From contig JBLDXI010000011.1 in NCBI GenBank assembly GCA_047495785.1, positions 1,860,001-1,924,000 of the forward strand: a stretch of DNA of 64,000 nucleotides, written 5' to 3'. How positions within the stretch are numbered: position 1 is the stretch's first letter; each line of letters starts with the position of its first letter. Of this stretch, positions 16,801 to 26,845 are shown in pieces. The stretch is from Lepidodermella squamata. Taxonomy: Eukaryota > Animalia > Gastrotricha. The notes under the pieces were generated by a model that did not search any database, was not told the origin of the DNA, and saw nothing but the letters and a program-made list of their open reading frames with translations. A program made the translations under genes and the position numbers.

Positions 16801-18999
16801 AAAATCTGTGTCACGCTCGTAATTCGAAATAATAAGACAAATCATAAAACAGCAAAAAAATATACCCTCGACGCGCGTCATTGGTGTCTATCTTCTTGTA
16901 TAATTGTATAGAGCGAACACGCGCGCGCGCATCAGTGGCGCCGGCATCACCGCCGCGTGAAGGTGTCAACCTAGCGAACAGGTGTCACTCTGCCGCCACC
17001 ACCGCCACCGCCAGCGCTTTGACTGGCTGGCTGGTGCGTGCACGCGGCCGCTGTCGTGATCGTAATAACATGCACACAGCTTTGTCGGCTCCGCAGCCCC
17101 GACGACGACAACTTTATGACACCCTGGCGATACGAGCTACTGCTCGCTCGCGCGCACCACGACAGGAACACGGTGAATGCTTAGTCATTATATCATCATG
17201 AAATACAGGTATCAGATACTACAAAGTTGAAAATTTACTTGTAGCTGATAGCTGAAGGCTGACGCGAGCGCGCGCGCTTGGCTTTTTACGTGTCTATCTC
17301 TAGGTATTTGTTCGGTGTAAACACACACTACATACACGCGAAAAGGTGAATTCAAGAATCTGTCAAGAAATTGCATGACTAGGCTGGGTTTTTATGGCGT
17401 GGGCCTGCCCACTTGCCCGCGTGCCATGCCTATGAGCTGCGCGTACCTGTGAGAACGAGTTGTGGGGTAGATTAATTTTTAATCTAGTCTCCTGAAAGAT
17501 CAAAACCGGATCAAATCGGAATCGAATTTCCCCCGTTATTAATTTTCAGTAATTTTAGAAAAATTGAATTTAAATGTTAACATTCATGATAAATTTGCTC
17601 GATTTGCAATTTTCGAAGAATATGCAAAGCAGCAGAGAATCAAATTCCATTTGATCAACGCCGATCATTATCAAATTTTGATCTACCTAAATCAATTAAA
17701 TCAAATCTCAGGCCATAGAAAGGTTGCGAATAAATCACAATAAATTCTTGGATAGCATGCTTATCGAGAGTCGGAAGGCTGTAAAAAGCTGATTTTTATC
17801 TAAAATGACGATAATTGCCACGTTTTGCGGTATTAGATTTTTCAAATGCCAAAAAGGGTTCAAAGTCGGATCAAAAATGAACCTTAACTCAAATCGAATT
17901 CGAATCGATTAAATAAATAAAAATTTATCGCTAGTAATTTTGTTGTGATCGAAAATTGTATTTCTCCGTAATGAATTGGTAAAATCCAAAATGTAAAGAT
18001 GTAGATGGAATGAATTTTGAAACGTAATTTTTTTCAAAAATTAATGTTTAATTTTTTAATTGATGTTTTTTTAGGTCGTGGTCGATCGCGAACTCGTGAA
18101 AAGTACCGCGTTGTCTATACCGATCACCAGCGATTCGAGTTGGAGAAAGAATTTCGCTACACCAAATACATAACAATACGGCGGAAAACCGAACTCGCTC
18201 GAACCCTCGGCCTCACAGATCGCCAGGTAGATATAGACAGGCTTTATAGACCATTCGAAAACCAAAGAAATTCTCCGAGATATCTCACAATCAGGTCTCA
18301 ATTTGATATCTTAAGCTGGAAGTTCAGAGTGAAATTTTTTTCTCTATCCCAAGTCCTGATCGGGGTTTCAAGTAGCAAATTTACAAGGTCTAATTGATTT
18401 CATTGCCATAATTTAGGCTACAGGACCCAATTTGAGCGACCTGGCTTCGAATTTTCCATGTTTTTGTGACCTCAGTTATTTCATTTCTTGATCGATACTA
18501 TTGCAAAGCAATCGAGCCTGAATAAGCAAAAACTTTTTCGAAAGGTTCAAGTCCAAATTTAGCTTCGATTTAAAAAATATTTTAAGGAAAATAAGATTTT
18601 TGAAGGGTTCCAGCTTGAACGTTTAATTTCCAGTTAGTTCTTGGTTATTACGGCTATTTTTGAAATTTTTCGGTTTTTTTCCAGGTAAAAATATGGTTTC
18701 AAAACCGTCGTGCGAAAGAGCGTAAAATGATGAAGAAGCGCGACGAGCAAATGGCGCTGCAGCAACGCGAGGCCGTTCTCGAATCGGTGAAACAAGCCGC
18801 CGCCGCGGCCGCGCGCACCCTCGGCTCGTCCATCAGCGGCTCCGGCCATCTTCCGGTCTCGGCATCAGCGATGCACCAACATCACCAGCAGCAACAGCAA
18901 CAGCAACAACAGCAGCAACAGGCCTCCTTCGCTCAGCTAGCCTCGGCGCAAAACCAATTTTTCCACGCGAGCGAAAAGCTCGAACCGCAAAATCTATGA
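13821..18999 (+). CDS. Cdx: Caudal/Cdx ParaHox homeobox protein (exons 13821-14466, 15389-15790, 18075-18226, 18685-18999)
   Basis: Spliced homeodomain [46 protein letters not shown]|[14 protein letters not shown] is diagnostic of Cdx. The upstream S/Y/G-rich and H/D-rich GC-rich exons join in phase 1, and there is a poly-Q tail. The start codon is inferred. Confidence 0.93.
18878..18921 (+). repeat. CAR trinucleotide (poly-Gln/His) run in the last Cdx exon
   Basis: CAG/CAA/CAC/CAT run encoding [15 protein letters not shown]. Confidence 0.85.
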
Positions 19000-19794
19000 T
19001 GATTCATCGCCATTTTATACTTGATACATTTTATCAGAAAATAGTAAGAAAATTTTATATCACTCGTGCGAAAAATGTTGTGACCGAAAAAATGCCGTGT
19101 CAAGGTCTGATTGATGTGTTGTTTTCTTTGTTTCGTTAGTTTTCAGAGAAAAAATTGGATGCAATTTTTGTTATTTCAAAATTCGGTTCGGTTTTTTTTC
19201 CATTTCAATCTGTGAAAAATGTCGTGAATTTTTTTAAAATTTGCTCGCTGTGTAATTGTTTGTGTTGCGCCGATGGATATAGATATCGCCCCTCCTCCTC
19301 ACTCGTGTAAATAAATGAATAATTATTACAAAAAATATCAGTTAATAATGCGCTATAATAATAATAATTATTATTTGCAGCTCTGCGTTTTTTTCTGCTC
19401 TTTGTGAAATTTCTACCAATTTTTTTTCTTTTATTTGTTCGAGTCGAAAAATTAGTGAATAAATAAATAAATAATTCAAATAAAAAAATCAATCACGTTT
19501 TGGAGAAATAATTGGTCTCTTTAAGTTCTGTAAAAATAGACTATAGCATTGTCATGAATTTCGTAATCATTTTGTAATTTTGCCAATTTTGGAATAACAT
19601 GAACAAAAATTCTTTTTTTAATTGAGCCTACTGAGAGAATGTTCCATTCTTTACCCAATATTTTACCGGAGAAATTAAAAATTTACCGGAGAAAACCCTG
19701 AAAACCCCGATAATAACCGGTTCGGTAATTTTCGGATTTTACTTGGTCGGATCAAATTTCTTCGGATTTTTTAATCCTGTTCACAAGAGACATA

Positions 19795-20388
19795 CCGTCA
19801 GCTGGGGTGACTTTAGTGGTGGGGGTCACTTTGGCGTACCAAAGTTTGGACGTTTGGGGTGACTTTATTAGCATCACTCACGTGTCATAAAAACATGCAA
19901 ATAACATGAATTTTTTCAATCAACCTTCACGTTATTCTATCTGCTATTGATTTTTGACCACCTGTTTGGCCCTATTTTCCTAGCTGAATGTGATCCTACT
20001 GTGTGTGTGGATTAAATTATATTGGTAGACAGCCTCCGATTCATCCCTAACCAATCCTGTCTGATCGCCCAATTCCAGCCTCTTAGTTATTATTTCCCCA
20101 CTCATTGTCGCATGAAAAATATGGATTCATGAAGAGAGAACATACCCCGTATGGGAAACGGCCGTTTGGGGTGACTTTGGTGACAGGTAATTGATAATAC
20201 GATTCGTGAACGTATCAATCTGGTAAATGTGCCAATTACATTTGGCTGCAGGTCTTACCAGCTTTCGATTGACATCCATATCGACTATATTTCAATGTAA
20301 CACACATGCCCACCGCGGTTACTTGAAAGTCAGTTACAAAAACCCATGCCAATGTCACCCCAATGGGTAAAGTCACCCCAGTTGACGG
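19795..20388. mobile_element. Tc1/mariner-pogo-type MITE (594 bp)
   Basis: TIRs CCGTCAGCTGGGGTGACTTTA and TAAAGTCACCCCAGTTGACGG with TA on both sides. Removing the element restores the older dispersed repeat (reverse complement AATAGTAATCAAGTATGTCTCTT). Confidence 0.85.
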
Positions 20389-20520
20389 TACTTGATTACT
20401 ATTCATTTGGTAGTTTCAACTTTCAACTTTTCTAAGATTTTTTTGGCGATGAGATATGACTTGCCCTCTCATTTTGGAGTTTCTGATCCCGTGCATTTTC
20501 TTTGTCACCCGTTAATGGGA

Positions 20521-20721
20521 TTAAAAGTCTCGAGAAATCTGTTCTAAGCGAGAAAAATACCGAAAATCACCGACCCAGTTGCCATCGGGATTTTCCGTGT
20601 TTTCTTGGTAAATTGTTTCTTCAATTAAATCGCAAATTAAAGATGTTGGGTTTCTCGCTTCAACTTGCAACCAAACAGTGGCAAATACCACACATAAAGG
20701 CAACAGAGTTGTTAAATTCAT
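20521..20721 (-). CDS. Chimeric 66-aa ORF: duplicated lectin signal peptide plus repeat-derived tail (expression unproven)
   Basis: The first 24 codons are identical to the lectin gene, there is a TATA box upstream on the same strand, and the rest reads antisense through the dispersed repeat. Confidence 0.3.
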   Translation of the reverse strand: MNLTTLLPLCVVFATVWLQVEARNPTSLICDLIEETIYQENTENPDGNWVGDFRYFSRLEQISRDF

Positions 20722-21186
20722 AGGGCTTAATGAACAGAGTGAATCTCAGTAGGTGATACTTCATAGCTAAATTCTGGGGTTTATATACTAAATGATGACT
20801 AATCTTTGGTCCGAAAAATTCGGGAAGTTTAGTCATCATTTTACCATATTATGCGCTCCAGGTACAGACATAGCGGCGTAACAAGGTCGACTAAACTCCC
20901 CGAATTTTTCGGACCAAAGATTAGTCATCATTAGTCATCAGGAGTTTAGTCGACCTTGTTACGCCGCTGTCTGTACCTGGAGCGAATAATTTGGTAAAAT
21001 GATGACTAAACTTCCCGAATTTTTCGGACCAAAGATTAGTCATCATTTAGTATATAAACCCCAGAATTTAGCTATAAAGTATCGCCTATTGATATTCACT
21101 CTGTTCATTAAGCCCTATGAATTTAACAACTCTGTTGCCTTTATGTGTGGTATTTGCCACTGTTTGGTTGCAAGTTGAAGCGAGAA
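20652..21186. repeat. Inverted duplication of about 245 bp (arms 20652-20899 and 20941-21186) covering the lectin promoter, TATA box and signal-peptide coding sequence
   Basis: The arms are near-identical reverse complements. The 41 bp spacer is itself a copy of arm sequence (CCGAATTTTTCGGACCAAAGATTAGTCATCA). Confidence 0.95.
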
Positions 21187-21749
21187 TGTGCAGTTCAGCT
21201 GTCAACGATGGTAAATGTGCCAATACGATTAAATCCCATAACGGCAAGTGCAGAATAGACGTTCAGGGGGATCTGAACGTGGTTCTTTACAATAGTGGAA
21301 ATATGCCGATTTGGTCGTCTAAAACTGACAGGAAAACCAAACCCAGCACACAGTACAACATGAACATGCAAAATGATGGCAATCTGGTTCTCTACTCTGA
21401 TGGGATATCAATCTGGTCGTCGCAGACTAACGGCTGGGGGTCGCCTCCGTATAAGGCTGTTATGCAAGACGATTGCAATTTCGTAATTTATGACGGAAGT
21501 GATGCCCCTCTCTGGTCAACTGGCACTGCGCGAACAAAATGCAGCAAGGTTATGGGTACAATGGCTGGGGTGTCAACGGTTGGAGCCGCAGTAGCATGTG
21601 TTACCGCAGTAGCTTTTCCACCTGCGCTAGGGTTCTGTGAGTATTTCTATAATTTTTATAATAATTAAATTTGTCTACATTTTACAGGTGGAGGTTGGGG
21701 GGTTGGTGCTGGAGTACTTGCTGTTGTGGCTGCAAATTGCGACGATTAA
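21117..21749 (+). CDS. Secreted bulb-type (GNA-like, B-type) mannose-binding lectin with a C-terminal hydrophobic Cys-bounded extension (exons 21117-21636, 21688-21749)
   Basis: Signal peptide and three intact QxDxNxVxY sites (QGDLNVVLY, QNDGNLVLY, QDDCNFVIY), each followed by W-S. A 51 bp GT-AG intron completes ...LGFCGGWGVGAGVLAVVAANCDD*. Confidence 0.9.
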
Positions 21750-21828
21750 CTGGAAATTAGCATAGAACCGAAGAAATACATAAACCAGTCAGACTTAATT
21801 TTGACCGACGACGTGTAAATGGTAGTGT

Positions 21829-21958
21829 CATAGACAACACTGTAACACTTAGGAAACTAACGATCTTTCCATAGTGAATTTATTCGAGCTGTTATTGCGA
21901 AAAGGACAACACGCGACCACTTTTTATTCCGCCTAACGCCCTATCCGCCCATTATAAT
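21829..21958 (+). repeat. Dispersed repeat, second copy at about 36380-36478
   Basis: Shared CATAGACAACACTGTAACA ... ACGCGACCACTTTTT ... AACGCCCTATCCGCCCATTAT. Confidence 0.75.
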
Positions 21959-22496
21959 TTTAAATCAATTTCAAAAATAAAAAAAAGCCTTATAAGGTAT
22001 TTGGAGAGCGACAGGCACATGCATACGTCGAAAAAAGCATTTCCGATCCGATATTTGAAGAAATCTGAGATTTACCTGGGGAAATCAATGAAAACCTGAT
22101 GGTAACTTTTCGGTAACTATCACCATGTTGGAACACATTTTTTCAATTTTTCTAAAATGAGGTATGAAATTTTAGCTGTTTCTTTGGTTAAATTTGGGAC
22201 GCCTTATAGTATTTGTTTGAGGTCATTCTTCATAATGCCTTGTTCCTACCTGTCTGGTAAACTGTCTAAGCTGTAAAAATTTTACATTATTCCAAGTTCC
22301 TGGAGCGTATAAGGGCAATCTTCCTTGGCCATTGTTATTACCGAGACTAGTAATAGCTCTATTGTACGCATGAAGCGTGTTAGAATACGCACGCAACAAC
22401 ACATGAATTAGCTTCACACTAGCATTTCATTTTCACTATACTACATACCATATACTATACCTGTGTTAGATTTAGGAAAATGCTTTGCTGGTAGCT

Positions 22497-23672
22497 ATGC
22501 CTATGGGTGAAGGCATGTCAACACTGAACAATCAACCGCCGGGTAATGGATTGAATGACGGATCAAAGCCGCCTATCCCGGCCGATCTTTCGTCTCCCTC
22601 ATCCAGCTCTTCATCTGCTCAACAAGAGTCACTACAGCTAAGACTGTCTGCCTTAAGAGCTAGACAGCAGGAGTTACAACAAACTTCAACCCCAGTAACT
22701 CCGCAGAATTCTGGGGCTTACGGCTTCAGAGCTAGTGCAAAATGCTCTACCAGCCCTGAGTACCTACTCCTACTCGAGAACATCAATCTGTCGGTTTCAA
22801 GCAGACCGCAGGCTTTATTCAGCGATGCAAATCTAACGATAAGTACTGGAAGCAGGTATGGATTGGTTGGGTCTGCAAGGGAGTGCGGCAAGTCGACGTT
22901 ACTTAAGGTGCTAGCTCTGAAAGCTGAGTTCCGCATCCCTCCCGAAATCGAGGTAGTCCTCTGCGATCAATCTCAGGTGAACGTCGCAACAGAAACTCCA
23001 CTTCTGCTGGAATTCGGCGATGTCAGGGCTATTGATTTCGTTCTACAATCCGAACGGACTTGGGCGACTCTCAAGGCGAAGGAGCATGCGCTGGAGGCGA
23101 TGGTCAAACGGCGGGAGAATGTTACGGACGCTTATGCTCAGTTGAAACATGTCTACGAGCAGCTGTGTTTCATAGCCTCTGGACAGGCTGATACGAAAGC
23201 GAGATTGGTGCTGTCGGGACTTGGCTTCTCGCCAGAACGGCAGAATGCGCTGATGAAGGATTTGAGCCCGCCGAGGAGGATGGTCGCGTCGCTAGCTAGG
23301 GCTCTCTACTCAGAACCTGCCCTTCTCCTAATCGACAGACCGACAAATTTTCTTGATGTCGATGGAATCGTGTGGCTGGAGAACTATTTGAAGAGTAATA
23401 TTTCGCATTAAGGAGGATTTTTTCCTAATCATTCCAATTTTCCAATTTTGCCAATGTTTCATTATTATAGTTTGGCCAACTGCGTTGATTATCAACTCGC
23501 AGGATCGAGCTTTCCTCGACGCTGTTTGCTCAGTCATAATTTTCATCAACAACCAGAAATTGTTTACGTACCAAGGCAATTTTTCGAGTTTTCGCAGGGT
23601 AAAGTTCATATCATAGAACAATCAGCCATCATCTTTCAGTTTTTGTTTTACCAGCAACTCAACATTCGATAA
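22497..23672 (+). CDS. ABCF1-derived single-NBD protein with degenerate ATPase motifs (exons 22497-23394, 23471-23598, 23655-23672)
   Basis: LFSDANLTISTGSRYGLVG..GKSTLL, IPPEIEVVLCDQ, KARLVLSGLGF, SLARALYSEPALLLIDRPTNFLD, WLENYLK|IWPTALIINSQDRAFLDAVC, YQGNF all align with ABCF NBD1. The introns are in phase and AATAAA follows at about 23717. Confidence 0.8.
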
Positions 23673-23756
23673 CAAACTAAACTGCATTATACATAACTTC
23701 AATGAATGCTGGGCTAAATAAAAACGATTGTTTTATTTCGATTCCGTACAAAGATT

Positions 23757-24427
23757 CTACAGTTTTATGCAAGTCATTAGAGTAAAAAGTAATGAAGTAA
23801 CAAGGAGGATTCCTGATATTGAGTAGGACGAAGCTGCAGCTGGGCAATTGCATCCAGAACTGGTGCAGCATACTGTATCTCCGGCAGTTGCGGAATTGGG
23901 GCTTCAGAAAACCACAAATCAAAAGAGATAGTTTGAAAAGTAGGAAGCTTACCATGAAGCTACACACATGCGTTGAGTGTTCTTCGTACCGTCTGAGCTG
24001 GATAACACTGAAGTTGCGCAATAGTTGTAGCCATAGGCGCAGCCTTGAATATCCTGGATTGGAAGGAAAAAGCACAGGTCAAATTTCAATTTTGCGAAAA
24101 GGCTAGGTTAGTTTTGACCTAATTTCGAATAAATTGGCCCAAAAACGTAGCTGGGACCATCCAAATGACCCGTTTGAAGATTTAGGACCTATCTTTGGGC
24201 TATGAGCCAATCTCACCACAGAAAATTAAGTAGACCAGCATTAGGAGGTTTTAAGGGGGTTGTTAAGGCCGAAATGATACTGCAAGTTTACGTAGGGATA
24301 ATTACAAGCTTACCTTTGTTTTAGAGTCGCAGTTGGTGCAAGTGCAGCAAGATAAGGCGGAAGCCAACGAGGCACAACTTGCCAGGGTTAGGAAGCCTAA
24401 TGCTAGGTTGCTGTTAACAGGTCTCAT
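23757..24427 (-). CDS. Ly6/uPAR (three-finger) GPI-type protein 1 (exons 24427-24314, 24053-23953, 23901-23757)
   Basis: Not in the ORF track. Spliced product: MRPVNSNLALGFLTLASCASLASA-LSCCTCTNCDSKTK|DIQGCAYGYNYC...QRMCVASC|PNS...CCTSSGCNCP, then a hydrophobic C-terminus. Confidence 0.88.
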
Positions 24428-25746
24428 TCTGGCGCTAACTGTCCGCTTGTTTTTTCACCTTTTTTGAAAACACTAAAAGGTAAACAGGTATTGTGTTCAG
24501 AGTCTGGGATCCAATTTTTTCAGTAAGATTTCAAGCTAAAAAACGTTGTAATTCACTGATTCTGCGAGTGCGTGGCCAATATTGCTACGTTCCCACACGA
24601 ACTTTCTTCAGTAACGGCTCGCTGCGTAGTTGTAAAATAAAGCCCACATATTTATGATCATAGTAGCGGCTCGAACAAAGCGCCAGCATTTATTTTTTTA
24701 AACGCCACCGGATTTTAAGGCCAGTATTATTTCAGCGGCAAAAACTCGCAGGGCTTTGTGCGCATGAGCGCGGAGTGGCCATTGTGTTAGCGCCTGGGCG
24801 CCTTTTACGCGCTAATTGTACAAATAAAACACTCTTATACGCGTATCAACAGAAATATAGAGCTTACGAGAGTGATTAATGCTCGTGGTCAGTGTTCTGT
24901 GACGTCGAAACAGCGCTTTTAAAATAAGTATCAAGTTTCACAAACTTAATACCCAGCTCTGTCAACGGTATTGCTTCAGTTACCTCGAAATCACCGTTTA
25001 GGGTGCGCCAACTTTTTGACTTCGAAAACCCTTAAATCCTCTCTATCGATTCTTCCTAAGAGTTTCGTTATAGCTTGCATGGAAATTCGAACAAAACAGC
25101 ATAGCCGCCACTCCGAATCAATCTTCCAATCTAAACCCAGCTTAATTTTAGCCTCAGAAAACTGATATCTATGGTTATGTTGGCTCGCTATCTTCAAAGT
25201 TGATACAATGCGTCCCTTGAGTTGCACCGGAATAAAGTAACTTTTTTCGCAATTTTTCTAATCGATCCCTCAATTTCAGCTTGAGCGTTTTTCTACTCCC
25301 ACCCCTACCCTAGCCCCTACAAAACCCGAATGGAAGTGGCGTGGTAGTTTCGGTAACTTATTGGTTTTGGCTTCGGAATTACCAACATATTTCAAGACTT
25401 GCATCTTCATGTGAACTGGAACCCCCTCAAATTCCCCTCGGATTCCCCTGAAATCAAGCTTCGCCCCAATTTTTCCAGCTTATCACTTATTTTGATTCCG
25501 CTATTAGACATTAGACAAAATAACCTGGAATTGTTACAGACTACTAGATACAAGACCTATGACTGAATCATGTTTTTCCAATCCACCTTAATCCCTTTTA
25601 TACAATGCAACCGAGATCCATTCACAAAGCGGCGTGGGCTATGTATATGGCTAATCCGCCGTTGTTTCCTACACACAAAACACGCGATGAGATGATGAAA
25701 CGAAAGCAAACACGCAGCGAAACCAAACTTGAATCTACACCTTATC

Positions 25747-26215
25747 ATGCCAAATTTTGTAGTAACCCTATCACTGGGCATACTGATTTATTGCATTAAC
25801 GCGACATCAGCCTTGCAATGCTGTAATTGCTACAACTGCGCCGGATCGAATGGTTTGAAATTTTGAAAAAATCTTGAAAAATTCCAAATTTTTTTGAATT
25901 AAGATCTCCAAGTTTGTCCTTATGGAACAGCTGCGTGTGCTGTATTGAAAACCGAGGATAGAACTGGCTATACTTCAACAATCGTCGACCGCGTCTGCGT
26001 TAATTCATGCCCGGTAAGATCTAATCTTTTTACCTAATTTCGAATAAATTTAACCCGACCAGCAATCAATAACAACGGATGACGTTCAATGCTGCACGAA
26101 AAGTGGCTGCAACTGCCCGAACTACAAAGGCTCGGCGCCAAGTTTGAACTACTACGTCACGAGTCTAACTCTGCTGTGCTGCTGTCTGCTTTGCGTAGTA
26201 AATATCATTTTTTAG
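25747..26215 (+). CDS. Ly6/uPAR GPI-type protein 2 (exons 25747-25852, 25904-26013, 26063-26215)
   Basis: Not in the ORF track. Spliced product: MPNFVVTLSLGILIYCINATSA-LQCCNCYNC..|DLQVCPYGTAAC...DRVCVNSCP|...CCTKSGCNCP, then a hydrophobic tail. AATAAA at 26245. Confidence 0.88.
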
Positions 26216-26494
26216 ACCTGTCTTTGTTACCGTTTAAGCGTTGCAATAAAAAAAACGCAAATTTTACTCGCCCCCGCTTGTTTCGGACACCGTATTGTTT
26301 GTTTACCCGCCGCCGACGTACCGAAACGGCCCCGCGCGTAACTTATCACACCTTACAACCGACGATTTCAGGGTAAACAATGATTTGAACTTTCAGTATT
26401 TGCCCACCTCTAACTCACGCAGTTTTCTCACTCGCGTTTCTGTTACCTTGTAGATTTTTTTAAACCGAAATTTTACTGCGAAACTTCGATTCGA

Positions 26495-26845
26495 ATGGCG
26501 AACCTAACAATCTTCTGCGCCGTTTTGGCCGTTGCCATATTCGCGGCTTCCGTCGACGCGTTGCGATGCTGCCAGTGCGATACGTGCCAGAACAGTGTTA
26601 ACGACGTTACTTATTGCCCTTACAATCACGGATACTGCGTTACAAACACAACTACAGACGCTTCTGGCCAGCAGAAAGCAGCAATTGTTCGAGGCTGTTC
26701 GCCGACCTGTCCAACCTCTGTCACCAAGGGCGATATTTCTTGTTGTCAGAGCGAGATGTGCAACTGCCCAAGCTCGTCGGGAGCTGAATCTTTACTAGGC
26801 AGTTTCGCCGTCATATCAATCGCTGCTTTGGCTAAGCTTTTGTAG
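26495..26845 (+). CDS. Ly6/uPAR GPI-type protein 3
   Basis: Signal peptide, LRCCQCDTC...RGC..CP..CCQSEMCNCP, GPI-like SSSG followed by a hydrophobic end. Confidence 0.92.
   Translation: MANLTIFCAVLAVAIFAASVDALRCCQCDTCQNSVNDVTYCPYNHGYCVTNTTTDASGQQKAAIVRGCSPTCPTSVTKGDISCCQSEMCNCPSSSGAESLLGSFAVISIAALAKLL

Noticed and set aside
16881-17201. 106-aa ORF in Cdx intron 2 as a separate gene
   Set aside because: Non-ATG start, low complexity and weak splice sites. It is better explained as a GC-rich regulatory island, although a cassette exon is not excluded.
23677-24106. Listed ORFs 23677-24075 (-), 23819-24106 (+) and 26089-26376 (+)
   Set aside because: Wrong-frame readings over spliced Ly6 exons.
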